A stretch of DNA of 64,000 nt from Zancudomyces culisetae HAW-14-8 (Eukaryota; Fungi; Kickxellomycota). Of this stretch, positions 24,945 through 37,305 are shown in pieces. Below the pieces are notes generated by a model. That model was not told the origin of the DNA. It saw nothing but the letters and a program-made list of their open reading frames with translations, and ran no database searches. A program made the translations under genes and the position numbers. Each line of letters begins with the position of its first letter. Position 1 is the stretch's first letter. Location of the stretch: assembly GCA_052426225.1 (NCBI GenBank), contig JBNJNM010000007.1, positions 310,001 through 374,000 on the forward strand. The letters are read 5' to 3'.

Positions 24945-26740
24945 TTCTAGGTCAGTAGGAGCTGATTTATAGTTTTAACTGACTCCAAGTGCTTTTCTTA
25001 AGAAAGGTCCTTTCTTGGCAATTTATCCCCTTGCAAAATACGATTATTGTAATTTAGCTGTATTTAAAGAAACCTTTTGTCGGAAATCGCTAAGTGTTAA
25101 TAATTATAAGCAGTACAATGTTTACCAATATATATTATCTATGCAAGTTTATATGACTAAGAACTACTTGGTTTATTCAAAGTTATTGATTTCACTTCAA
25201 AAGCCAAAAAAAAATTTTTTTTTTCATAAACTCGAAAACTGGGGCAATCAATCAAATGAAATCAGTATTCTTGGTAAAACCAAGCAAGAAAAGAGCCTCA
25301 ATTACGTAAATAATGATACGATCCATTAATGCTTGTTCTTGGTGTTTTTTTTTTTAAATACTGGAATAAAGATTACAAGTTGTTAAATAGAGGTAGATGT
25401 GTAGTCGCGGTGGGTTTGATACTTCTTTTGACCCCATGTTGCATTTTAAAACTTCAATGGCGAATAAGGAATACTAGAACTAAAGATAAAAATATATTCA
25501 ATTGATGTATAACTGTTGATAGATTCACAACCGCAGCTTTGGTATTCTTTAACTTTTTAGTAAATGGCATCACTCAAAATTAAGGTATTAGTCCGTGTTA
25601 CTGTGTAATCATGCTGGTGATAGTTAAGTAGTTGTTTACAATACTTAGAATATGATTTCAATAAAAAATCAAGCTATTTGCAAGAGTTAGGTTCGTGTGA
25701 TATTTAACAAGATAATTAAATTCTTATGAATATTGAGATAATGTATTCTTTTGGAGATGTCATAATACGTCAATCCATATGACTGCGTAGAGCTAATATA
25801 TTTTTACATCAACTGAGAAATAGTTAGCATAGATAAAAGTTCAAAAAAAATTCATTAATGAATGAATGAATGTATATAGAAACTAGGTGATAAATAGAAA
25901 CCACTTCTAACTCAACACTGTGCACTCTAATATTACAAATAGTAGTAAAGGAGGTTTATACTGCTTGGTTTTGATTTGATACTTAAAAAAATTCATTTTG
26001 CGACTCGCATCACCTACACTCTTTCATTTACTAAAATTAAACTAGTATTATTTGGGCATCACTATTATCAAAAAACGGAGTATATAGAATAAATACAACC
26101 ACTATCTTCTACTCAATTCAAACTTGGTTTTCCATGCCAATGGCCATCGGATAACTCGAATGCTTCCGCATTTACATTAATTTTGAATATCCGCTTAGTC
26201 ACATTATGAAATTGCAAAATCCAGATCTTCGAATTAATACTGCATATCATCTTGCACTTGCAAGAACCAGCGATATTCTAAGCAATTTAAATTTTATTGA
26301 GCAACCATATTATCTTATGGTTTGACCTCTGTAAGGTAGATGCAAATATACTTTTTTTTTTGTTTGTACCTCCTCTATCTCTCTTCGGGTGAAAATGACC
26401 TAAGTTTGGGGCTGTTTTATTGTAAAATACGCTGGCTATTATTTTCGTTAAAGCTTTTTTTTGCCGATCTATTACTTTATGAGTATAAGTTAAGCTCATG
26501 CAAAGCTCACAAATTAATCAATTTTTAGTATAAGAACACCGAAGGTTGAAAATCTAGGCTAGCACCCGAAAATCATATTTAGCTCTTTGAGTATCAATTT
26601 TTAAACTAGGGCAAGTAGGATGCTTTGTAGCTCAACTTTGCCACTCTGGAAACTTGTAGGTATAATGCAATAATAAGCTCGTTACAACATCATACAAAGT
26701 GAAGTGGTCTTTTGTATAAGGGAGATATGTCATGAAAAAT

Positions 26741-26848
26741 AAAAGTATAAAAGCGGTTACAATTCCCTTCAAAGTAGAAAACATATCTCAAGTAGAATAA
26801 CCAACTCACTTACCAGACGAAAAAAAAATCAAAATTTAACCAAGAAAA
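26741..26848 (+). promoter_or_regulatory. TATA core promoter and 5'UTR, duplicated at 28691-28796; the same TATA spacing occurs at 32353
   Basis: AAAGTATAAAA lies 103, 102 and 101 nt before the three ATGs. About 100 nt are near-identical between paralogs 1 and 2. Confidence 0.65.
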
Positions 26849-27262
26849 ATGAAGTTCACCGTATTCAGCATGATGTGCCTAAGCCTTGGTATGGCTAGTG
26901 CGTACAGCGTCTCAGATTCAAATCAGGTTGCAAAAAATAAACAAGCAGACAACAGTCCCAACCGCCTTTGCGGTTGTCATTATCATGGACGCGAAATGAA
27001 ACTTGAGATTTTTAGTCAAACTGGTCATCGAGGGCAAAGTCGCACGAAATATCTGAGATCAGGTCGCTGCTATAATATTCCAAGTACCGGAAGTGCAAGA
27101 TACGACGATGGTAGACCAGGAAAAGGAAGCATCACATTTTGTGTAGAGGCAGACTGTCAAGGTCACTGCTATACCGCATCTAGAAGTGTTCAATTTTATC
27201 CGGACAATATCCCAGGTATTGATCTTGGTGCTTATGCAAGATCAGTAAGATGGACTCGCTAG
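26849..27262 (+). CDS. Small secreted Cys-containing protein, family paralog 1 (cationic)
   Basis: Signal peptide MKFTVFSMMCLSLGMASA; mature domain KLEIFSQTG..GRCYNIP..ITFC-x3-CQGHCY..RSVRW; TATA 103 nt upstream; near-duplicate at 28797. Confidence 0.85.
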   Translation: MKFTVFSMMCLSLGMASAYSVSDSNQVAKNKQADNSPNRLCGCHYHGREMKLEIFSQTGHRGQSRTKYLRSGRCYNIPSTGSARYDDGRPGKGSITFCVEADCQGHCYTASRSVQFYPDNIPGIDLGAYARSVRWTR

Positions 27263-28796
27263 TGGGTATTTTAGAACCATTTGAAAAGGTTTTACTAGAT
27301 ATAATATAGAAGTTTCAATATCTAAACTGGATTTGACACTTGCTCTATAGAAATATATTTATTTTAAATATTGCAAGTGAAAATAAACTACATATACGGT
27401 TAAAAATCAGCAAATATAATGAAATAATGGTCTATAGATTTTTAAATTTTGAGGAGTTTAATTGTACATATGTTATCTGACCATATACATAACCAATTAT
27501 GGTATATGTATAGTGGGTAGGAGCTTAGTGATTTATCTGTCAATTCAAAAAAGGTAGAGGAACTTGAACGCATTAATTAGGATAAATAATAGTAACTAGT
27601 TATAGAGCGAATACATTATAGACATTACTCAGATACCAATAGTTTCATTTCATTTAGAGAAAAAGAGTGATATTTTTGCTTTAGAATATAAACAAAAGAA
27701 AACCAATAAAAGGGAAAGAATGTCAAAAATCTAAATATGAAGAATTAAAACTTTAACGTAGGCTGTCAAACACGAGCTCCAGTGGATTGCTAGCGCATCA
27801 TACTTAGTAATGAATTTATCTGTTAGAACATTAAGTCTATCTAGCTATCAAAACAGTTTTTACTGAATACAAGCTGAAAACTTCAAAAGCCTAAAAATAA
27901 ACTAGTATCGTTTAATTAAAAATCTAAATATGTTTTTTATCCGGGGATGGGTGTTACTTTACAATGATCCACCTTGTTTTACGCTATTGCGTTAAATATT
28001 TCAGCATATGAAGAGTTATTCACAGCAATATTAAACATTTTCGCTTATCCTTATACCAACCATTTCAGTCTGCTCTGTATTGGTACAAATTAGAGAGATT
28101 AGGTAATATATCTTAGCTCAGTGTAAATTTAGAAACATTATTGACGCATGTATTTACGAGTAATTTTTTACATAATTTTTACGGAGGTAAGGTAGGTAAA
28201 AATGCATTTAGCCGAATTAATTCAAATTAAACTATTAGTAAACATAAAATCACAAATTTACCTCACATAACTTCTAGAATGCGTAGTGGAAGTGACGATT
28301 ACGAAACAGCAGGAAACAGCAGACATCGGTCTACATACCGTTTTAAATTTAGTATTCCATAATTATTACCTAGGTTTCTATAAATATGTCCTTCATTACA
28401 GTATCGCTATGTACAGAGTTCTAAATTTAGACAGTTGTTCAGAGTTAATTATATCACCAAACTTTTTACTATGGATTGATTTATAATATCGGAAAATGTG
28501 GTAAAATTTCTTTTAGTGTTAAAGAGGTGTCAAATATTGCATCAGGGTAAATGAATAGTGATAAACATGGGCTTTCATTCCATTATACTGGGCATATATT
28601 TTTGGTCTAACTTTGATATTCCAGCGTTCTAAGTCAATAGAATAATGCCTTTTTATAGAATTGGTATAAGGCGTCTATATTTTGCAAAAAAAAGTATAAA
28701 AGGGGTTACAATTCCTTCCAAAGTAGAAAACATATCTCAAGTAGAATAACCAATTCACTCACCAGACGAAAAAAATTCAAAAGTTAATCAAACATA

Positions 28797-29243
28797 ATGA
28801 AGTTCACCGTATTCAGCATGATGTGCCTAAGCCTTGGTATGACTAGTGCATACAGCGTCGCAGATTCAAATCAATTTGCCGGAAGTGAACAAACAGGCAA
28901 CAACTCCAACCGCCTTGCTGTTCGCCGCTACCGCCCTGGTCCTCAAATGGGCCGTCCTCAGATGGGTGGTCCCCAAATGAAACTTCAGATTTTCAGTCAA
29001 ACTGGTTACACAGGGTCAAGCCAGGTTCAATATCTAACATCAGGTCGTTGTTATAATATCCCAAGTACCGGAAGTGCAATATACGACGATGGTACACCAG
29101 GAAGTGGGTATATTACGTTTTGTGCGGGTTCAAACTGTCAAGGAGGCTGTTATACCGCATCTAGAAGCACTCAATTATATCCAAACAATATACCAGGTAT
29201 TGACCTTGGTGCTTATGCAAATTCAGTAATGTGGTCACTCTAA
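28797..29243 (+). CDS. Small secreted Cys-containing protein, family paralog 2
   Basis: Same signal peptide, 5'UTR and Cys pattern as paralog 1, with an extra (G/R)PQMG repeat insert. Confidence 0.85.
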   Translation: MKFTVFSMMCLSLGMTSAYSVADSNQFAGSEQTGNNSNRLAVRRYRPGPQMGRPQMGGPQMKLQIFSQTGYTGSSQVQYLTSGRCYNIPSTGSAIYDDGTPGSGYITFCAGSNCQGGCYTASRSTQLYPNNIPGIDLGAYANSVMWSL

Positions 29244-32200
29244 GGCGATCTTTTCTTTGAAATCATTAGAATGAATTTTTGTCAATAGAGTATAGAAATT
29301 TCTATGCTTTCGTTTTCTTGGCATTTACCTCTACATTGTAGTTATTTTTGCATGTTGCATTCACATATATAAATCTTATATTAGAAATTCAGGATATTCA
29401 AAAATGTGGTTAATAGAGCCTAAATCTTTAGAAAATCAATTTTATCCATGTTTGATAGGGGTGTATGATGGTTCATAAGCAGTTTATATGAATATATATA
29501 AAAATGTGAAGTAAAATACTGACTAATGCATACTCCTGATGCACACTAACTACTTTGACATCAGTCTGTTGAAATCATACAAAGAACGAATCAAAATACA
29601 TTGGAGCGTACACTTTTTCATCACACATTGAAGGCAATATGATGTATTTTTGGTGGTAGTAAAAACAAGCGCGATGAGCCTAAATGAGCCGATGATACCT
29701 AGAAACTATATTTTTCTCAAATACTAATCTAGGAACTGGGTAAAACAAGTCAATCATATTTCTTCTATTTTGATAAATTATCAACTTCATAAAGGAGGCA
29801 ACATTTGAATATATATTTTTACATAGATGTAATAGAAGGAAATTAATAAAAATAGTTTAAAAATGGGTTTTCATATTTTAGTTGTAAGAATACTATACAA
29901 TGAGCGTTTATGGGATAAAAGGGTTTAATATCTTAGAATGTACATCAGTGAACAAATTATTTTAAAGAGCAAGTTACAACGGCCAGGATATAACAGATAC
30001 TTCAATTTTACTATAAAATATATCTAACACTGCGCTATATTTAAAACACCTGCATTACCCAACTAGAATGGTTTAGACTTGCAATCTATTTCTTAACGGT
30101 TAATAGTACATAAGGAAAAAAACAAAAAATGGACAAACTCTCGTATTATAATACTTTGTAAAGATTATAAATCATTTAGTTCTGGATGATAGATTTTTAC
30201 GTAGTAAAGTTATCGCATATTTAATACCACCATGAAGTACAATGTTTGAATACATTTACAATAATGAATATCCTATAAATCTTTATTTACAATTGAACAA
30301 CTGAGTTGTATGTTTGAGCCTTAGGACATTTATACTCTATACATTATATTTATTGTTCAGGTTTTGGGTTAGAATTCATGAATATATAACAAGTTAATAC
30401 TACTTACATGCGTGTACATATAAAGCACTCTGCTTAGATCAACAATGACTATTCAGTTATATACTAATCAATTTCAAATATATAATTAGGTAATGGCATT
30501 AGATGTGAAATGAAATAATAATAACAGCAATACACTTGATTAGAAGCAATTGAATATTCATCATTGGCTATTCATCTCTATTATTGTTAGAACAGTAAGT
30601 CGCTTTATTTTGCGTAATAAAGTATTATTAATAATTGACATTTAGTCGAGATTCTATATTATAACTCTACACACTGTAGATGAATTCAACTATAGTAACC
30701 AATGTTAGAGGGAAGGGCGTGAATCACTTAACAATTGCTCTAGTTCATTAGAGATTTTTGTTCCATTCTCATAAAATAAAATCATTAGAATGTTGGATGA
30801 ACACCGTCAAAGCGATCAGCTGGTTCCTAAAAATATATATATTTGGTTCATTCAATACCAAGAATCCACTTTCTTTTTTATATCATTTACCTCTAACTTT
30901 GTTTAATCCTGCAATATTAATATGTGTTAGCATCCCCGCATACCTTAACAATTCAATAAAGGATTACTTTCTCTGGTGTATGGTTATATTCTTTGTCGAG
31001 GTTATTACGTTTTTAATCCTGAAAGTGTTAATTTTTGTTGGAATCCACATCTTTATCTGTGTACAGCTGATGGTGATACTTCGAATCAAGTCAAGTTCAA
31101 TACCCGCTATTTAATAATTCAGTGCAAGTTTCTTTTTTAAGATACCCTTTATACATTTTTAGGATGTATTTAGACAAGTAACAAATAACGTACCATTTTA
31201 AAATATAATATTTATTATCAACTCTACATATAATGTAAACAGTTTCATGTTTTTTAATATATTTTTGTCTTTATATATGAAACAAACGAATTTTTCTTAT
31301 TTTTTAGCTTTGAAAAACTAAAATGACACTTTCTTTCAATACACTTAAATTTGTAAAATATTTAGAATATTTGGTATCATTTACTCTATTCATTATGTTT
31401 AAAACGATTTGTATTTTTAGATTACTCAAATAAAAATATTAAAAGAAATAACACTGTTAATATAAAGTAACTTACATGCATTCCAAAGCAATATGCTGTA
31501 GTCTTGTAAAATATTTACACAGTTGGTAGAACGTAAATGTGAATGAAAGTGTGACAAACTTATTATTAATAGAGTGCCAGATTTAGATTAATATTTGAAG
31601 AGCTCTAGAAAATTTCTAGTTATTACTTTATATTTTTATTAAGTATTTTATATCTATACAAAGTACGGTTTATATAAAGAAATCCTTAATTATAAGCAAG
31701 AGAATACGTAGGTGGGGCCGAAGTTTGAAATAAAATAATTTCTGCCGATCAGCTTATCAATATTTATTGTTTATCAATAAATATATTTGAAATCATCTAG
31801 ATTGTTATTAGCTTGTGGAAATTTACGCTTAATTGTAAATGGTAAGCGGATATGCCATTTGAAGTTTTTTTCAGTCTCAGGTGCTTTAACAAAGTAAATT
31901 TAATAAATTACCTTTAAAAATGCAATGTGTTAAAATAATATTGTCAAGCGTTAGGGAGTATATAGACTCAGGCGTGGATTTGTACTATAAAATAAAAAGG
32001 CATTCGAAATATTCATATAACCTTCAGAGTTGGCTATATTAGTGTAGACAAAAAAGTGACAATTTTCACACTATAAATGTACCAATCATTCTGTCGAAAA
32101 CCCTTAAATATTTACACTATAGCATTCAGTTAACAATCATCAATAAGTGTGTTTTGAATTTTTGGCTGCCTATCACTTTTATAATAAAAAATTAATGTTC

Positions 32201-32453
32201 CAGCTGCTTTAATAGGTGCTATATAAGTTTAAAATATAGTTCTAGAATCGTTATAGAAATTGGTCAAATAAAGAATAATTTCGAATATCAGTTATATAGG
32301 TGTTTTTATACAAAAGCATATAAAACAGCTTTATTCTTGATAATAAAAAAAGTATAAAATGAATGGTATTTTTCGATGTTGAAGAAGCCTACACCAATTT
32401 TCCTATTAACTCAAAACCTAAACTAGATTAGAAATAAGTAAAAAAACCCGAAA

Positions 32454-32900
32454 ATGATCAAGTCAGCAGTCCTCAGCGCTTTAGTACTTAGCTCAACCTT
32501 TGCTTACAATGTACAAAATGAACAGAACCAAGATGTACAAGCGTCAGGTGAAAACAATATCTTGGAATCCAACTTCAATGAGATGGATCACGAAGACAGA
32601 CCCAGACGCAGAAGAGTCAGAAAATTGAATCTTCAATTGTTTTACCTTCATAACTTTGTCACTTCTGTAGGTTCCTTCAATGCTAAGCCAAACAAATGCT
32701 ATGCGGCACCTAGGTTTGCATCAGCAAGAATGAGTGGAGTGCGTGGTACTAAAGGTGCCATGATGTTCTGTAGTCAGGCTAATTGTACAGGCAGATGCTT
32801 TGTTGCACTTAGAAGCGCGGGAAGTCAAGTTAATTTTATAGTTAATCAACTTGGTGGTGTTTGGGCAACATCCTACTCTTGGATCGCCCCATACTTTTAA
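32454..32900 (+). CDS. Small secreted Cys-containing protein, divergent family member 3
   Basis: Signal peptide, acidic propeptide, RRRRVRK polybasic site, LQLF..KCY..MMFC-x3-CTGRC..SYSW. Same 4-Cys layout as paralogs 1 and 2. Confidence 0.8.
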   Translation: MIKSAVLSALVLSSTFAYNVQNEQNQDVQASGENNILESNFNEMDHEDRPRRRRVRKLNLQLFYLHNFVTSVGSFNAKPNKCYAAPRFASARMSGVRGTKGAMMFCSQANCTGRCFVALRSAGSQVNFIVNQLGGVWATSYSWIAPYF

Positions 32901-35900
32901 ATTTTCAAGTAGAAAAGTTATTTTGTTTTGTTTTGTTTTGTTTTTTTTTATTTTAGCTATTTATAGTAGTTAGACAAATAAATAACACTGAATCAAAACT
33001 TCAAGTATGAGAAATATCTCATACTCTAATACTAGATTGATTATAAAAGAGTATGATAAAAAACTATACTTTTATTGACAAATTCATGCTTTCATTTTAC
33101 AACCGGCGTGATGAAAAATACTACAATTTAAAAAAATTAAACTTTTACAACCAACAACTGTGATATACTTGAAAAAATAAAGAGTATTAATTTAAAAGAT
33201 GTGGTGTTAAGAGTCAAATATAACTAGTCACGATAAGTACAATATACTAGGGTAATGTAAATGACAAGTAACTGTTTTATGTTTTTGATTTCCTAGATGA
33301 ATTAATTTTATTAGGTCTGATATCTCTGAATCCCTAAAAAATTTACTTCGACTTAACGGAATACAATTTGGGGCAATACGCTAAAAATGTAACAAAAGTA
33401 CACAACTTAGTGATAACTGGTTGGCAAGTGTATAGCTTTTGAGTTTAGGCTACTTTAAAGCTAGTTGATTTTTTTCTAATTATCATTTTAGTAAGTTTAT
33501 ATTAATATTAACATAAATAACCAATTTTAAAGACCCTCTATTTAAGTGGTTTTATTTCAGTATTTCAGTATTTCAGTTATTCCTTCAACTATAATGCCAA
33601 CATCGTTAAAGTACAAGTAGCTACAAAAGATACAAATTTTGCTAAACATAAAGCTGTTTCGTTAAAAATCGCTTTGTACAAAACCTCAAATACATTTTTT
33701 AAGCATCAAGGATACTCTAAAACACTCTAACTTGAGTATCTACTATTTATGTGCTATATTATAATTAATAAAATTAAAATATTTATATATAAAATAGAGA
33801 TATTTGATAATGGAACCCTGCTTTGTAACACTATCTACCTTTAGATAGATCAAATCAACAAAGCGTCACCGCGCACTTTTAAAAATGTTAGTAACTTGGA
33901 CCTTCGCATACAAAATGAATATTTTCCCCGAATTCGACAAAGTTAGCTTTATTTTTTGTTTATTAATTTTAAAGTACAAATAATTTCAAAAAAGCTAAAT
34001 ATAAATGTAAAAGAGTGAATTAACAGTAGACGTGTGCAATTTTAGTAAATAAAGTGACTGTTCATTCAGTCATTTTTATATTTTTTTGTAATATTTTTCC
34101 AAATTCAATGAAAAAGTACTTTACGTGCCTCTTACTCTAAACCAATTTTAATTCACATTAACATATTAAGATAACTTAATATGATTATAACACTTTTCCA
34201 TTCTGAACGAGAATTTCACATATAGTTTAACCACTATCTTTAAAAATACTATATTTAAAAAAGGGATAATAGCAAAGTATATAGTCAAGTGTTAATTATT
34301 GATTAAAAAAAAATGATTAGGTGGTGAGTTAAATCAATTCTAAGGATCTCTTACCCCCTCCCACCCTCGAAGCCTGATCCAAATCTTTAAAATTTATTCA
34401 AATAGTTTATATTATACTTCTAATGCTATCACAAAGTTAAATTTGTAGGTGTATTATTGAGCCAGTATCAAGATTGCTACTATTGAGAACCTCTGAATCA
34501 ATAGCTGGCTGGTTGTAACAGCAGATTGATTTCTATAATAGCTTTGCACAAACACAATCTCAAGATTCTATCTTTTATGTTGTATAGTTGCCTAGTCAGT
34601 ATTAACTAATTCAGAATGTGTTGTATAACCATTTTGAATACTTACTCCATCTTAAACTCATGAATTTAAATTTAAACTATCTTTTAACATTTACAAATTT
34701 GTTTATCCAAAGAAATAGCATAGAATGGTAGCATTCTACACTGTAGTTCGTTTACACCAATTGATGAATTTGAAAAGGTTGTTTAAATAATAAAATTTAC
34801 CCATCTCAACTACCATTTACATGTACTAATACCTATAGAATATAAGGTGGAATCATATTAAAAGCATGTAATTTCTCTCCCACAAACTATAGTTAAAAGT
34901 AGATGTTAAGCAACATCTAAAACTATATTACAAGTAAAAAAGTAGAATTAAAAGTACACATGAGTTGTTATACAAGGAATTTAGCAAAAAATCTTTAAAG
35001 AATTATAATTTGAATTTAGTAATTATTTCAGGGAAGTTTTGTAGAAATTAAACATTGGTTAAGCCAAACTTGTATAATAAGAGTGAAGATATAAGAAAAT
35101 TTTTGATCTAGTACATTACTACTTGTAGAAAGTATTGATAAACAAGGAAAATTTGCTAAAAAAAATTAATTAATCAAAAAACAACCAGCCTCGATTATAT
35201 ACTCAATGTTGCATGGTTTCAGATTTATGAAACTATCGAGCTAGAACTAAAGAAAATCATAAGCTCATATTTGACACGAATTTTTGCGCAAATATTAACC
35301 TATTATTAGTAAGAAATGTTATTAACAAAAAAGTTATAAATAAGTGGTGAAAATTTCGAAATGGCAAAAAGCAAATCTAGAATAATTGACCACGCAGTAA
35401 CTGTGTGCTCGATTTGACCTTCTAATATACTTAGTTTTTATGAAAACTAATGTGTAATTATGTGAACCCTATACTACATTTTTTTGAGATCTACCAACTT
35501 CTCTATAATATTATGAACTCTCGAAATGAATAACTTCAATTTAATTCTTTCTAGAACAACTAGCATTCTACTCATTTTATCAACTCTAAATTTAAAAATT
35601 TTAATTAAGTTATATTTGATCTAGATCGAGTATTGAACCCTTGAATAAATACACAATGTTGTTTTTAATCAAATTATAGGAATATATTGATGTACTTTGT
35701 AGATAAAAACCATATGGTGGTTTGGCGAGATCAATTTAATGCTAGTTCAAACTCTCAAAAACTAATATAAATATTGTATAATTATAAAAATTAATAGCCA
35801 ATTAAAAATAAGTCTAGAAGTCTTTGTAAATAAGATATTCGTAGTTAAATATCTCTTCGTAATTGGAGTTCAAGGTGCGGGAAAAATAATACATTCAATA

Positions 35901-36258
35901 CAGGAATTATAGAATTATCAATACATTAATTTCCCCAGTTATTTGTATTTTAGGTATAGGTGCTCAAATAAACAATATTTTGCAAAGTATAAATTAAGTC
36001 GAAAAACACCATGAATTAGTTTATTATCAACTCATTCCATCTTGAGCTAGGTGGTAAACAAAACACGTATTAAATATAGTAGTGGTATTATACCAGCAAA
36101 TATATAAAGAGTCGAATCATCCATATTAAAATTACTAAAGCAAACGGTCGTACTTTTGATGACATTCTTGCAACTTTCAGCCAAAAACCACATAGATATA
36201 CGGTCCTGTTATAAAATTACAGAAAAACTGAGGATAAATATTCAAGTCAAGGGACAGG

Positions 36259-37305
36259 ATGGTGAAAATCAGAATATTGTGCCTAGTTGCACTAATTTCA
36301 GTGTCCGCTCATCCTCAAGGCAATGGCGTTAACGAAATCAAACTTTTTAAGGAAATATCATTACAGAATAGCAAAAGCATAAAGAAAAACGTGGAAAAAA
36401 ATGATAATATAGGACTAAAAGTTTCTCCAAATTATCAGCTAGATCGTATAAAAAATATGCAAAAAAAGAAGGATGAGGTATCCACAAACATCATCAATCT
36501 TCCAAGCAACAATGCAGGGTCAGTAGACCTCAAACGTTTTTTCTGTAGGATATGCAGACCCTGTTTCTCTCATCATCATCATCGAATATGCAGACCAATA
36601 TGCAGACCAATATGCAGACCAATATGCAGACCAATATGGAGGCCAATATGCAGACCAATATGCAGACCAATATGCAGACCAATATGCAGACCAATATGCA
36701 GGCCAATATGTAGGCCAATATGTAGGCCAATATGGAGGCCACCTCCACCTCCATCTCGTCCATGTCCACCTCCGCCACCTCCACCACCTCGTCCATGTCC
36801 ACTACCTCCACCTCCACCTCGTCCATGTCCTCCAACTCCAACTCCAACTCCAACTCCAACTCCAACTCCAACTCCAACTCCAACTCCAACTCCACCTCCA
36901 CCTCCACCTCCACCTCGTCCATGTCCTCCAACTCCAACTCCAACTCCACCACCTCGTCCATGTCCACCATACCCTCGCCCATGTCCACCATATCCTCGCC
37001 CATGTCCGACACATCACCACCACCACCACTTTTGCCTTAAACACAGCAGAAATCGCTACTGTTGCCTCTATCGTAAATACCGCCGCCTCTGTCTTAAATA
37101 TCGTCGCCTTTGTTTTAAACATTGCAGGAACCACCACCACCATCAAAGTCCTTGTCATGAGGAAACCGAAACACCTTCACCAACTGAAACGCCTGCACCA
37201 ACTGAAACACCTGAGCCAACTGAAACACCTGCGCCAATCGAAACAACCACAACCAGCCCTCCTGAGTTAGGTATCAGCCCAATTGCCGTGGTAGCATATC
37301 AATAG
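36259..37305 (+). CDS. Secreted prepro-protein with (ICRP)n, Pro-rich/extensin-like, His-tract, KYRRLC and acidic PTETP repeats
   Basis: Signal peptide, propeptide ending DLKR (Kex2-type site), then modular repeats in one intronless 348-aa ORF with a TATA-like element upstream. Confidence 0.8.
   Translation: MVKIRILCLVALISVSAHPQGNGVNEIKLFKEISLQNSKSIKKNVEKNDNIGLKVSPNYQLDRIKNMQKKKDEVSTNIINLPSNNAGSVDLKRFFCRICRPCFSHHHHRICRPICRPICRPICRPIWRPICRPICRPICRPICRPICRPICRPICRPIWRPPPPPSRPCPPPPPPPPRPCPLPPPPPRPCPPTPTPTPTPTPTPTPTPTPTPPPPPPPPRPCPPTPTPTPPPRPCPPYPRPCPPYPRPCPTHHHHHHFCLKHSRNRYCCLYRKYRRLCLKYRRLCFKHCRNHHHHQSPCHEETETPSPTETPAPTETPEPTETPAPIETTTTSPPELGISPIAVVAYQ
36586..36741 (+). repeat. 12-bp coding tandem repeat ATATGCAGACCA x13 (11 ICRP + 2 IWRP)
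   Basis: Read directly from the sequence; followed by a (CCAACT)n PT tract at about 36832-36891. Confidence 0.95.

Noticed and set aside
30758-31114. 118-aa hydrophobic ORF
   Set aside because: TTG start, AT-rich composition bias and no motif; likely spurious.
36586-36741. Regular repeat array as a possible CRISPR
   Set aside because: Head-to-tail 12-bp coding repeats with no spacers, in a eukaryotic context with no cas genes.
36530-37158. Antisense and alternate-frame ORFs with (EL)n, (SN)n, (WS)n and ILVC repeats
   Set aside because: Shadows of the stop-free tandem repeats in the real + strand gene 36259-37305.
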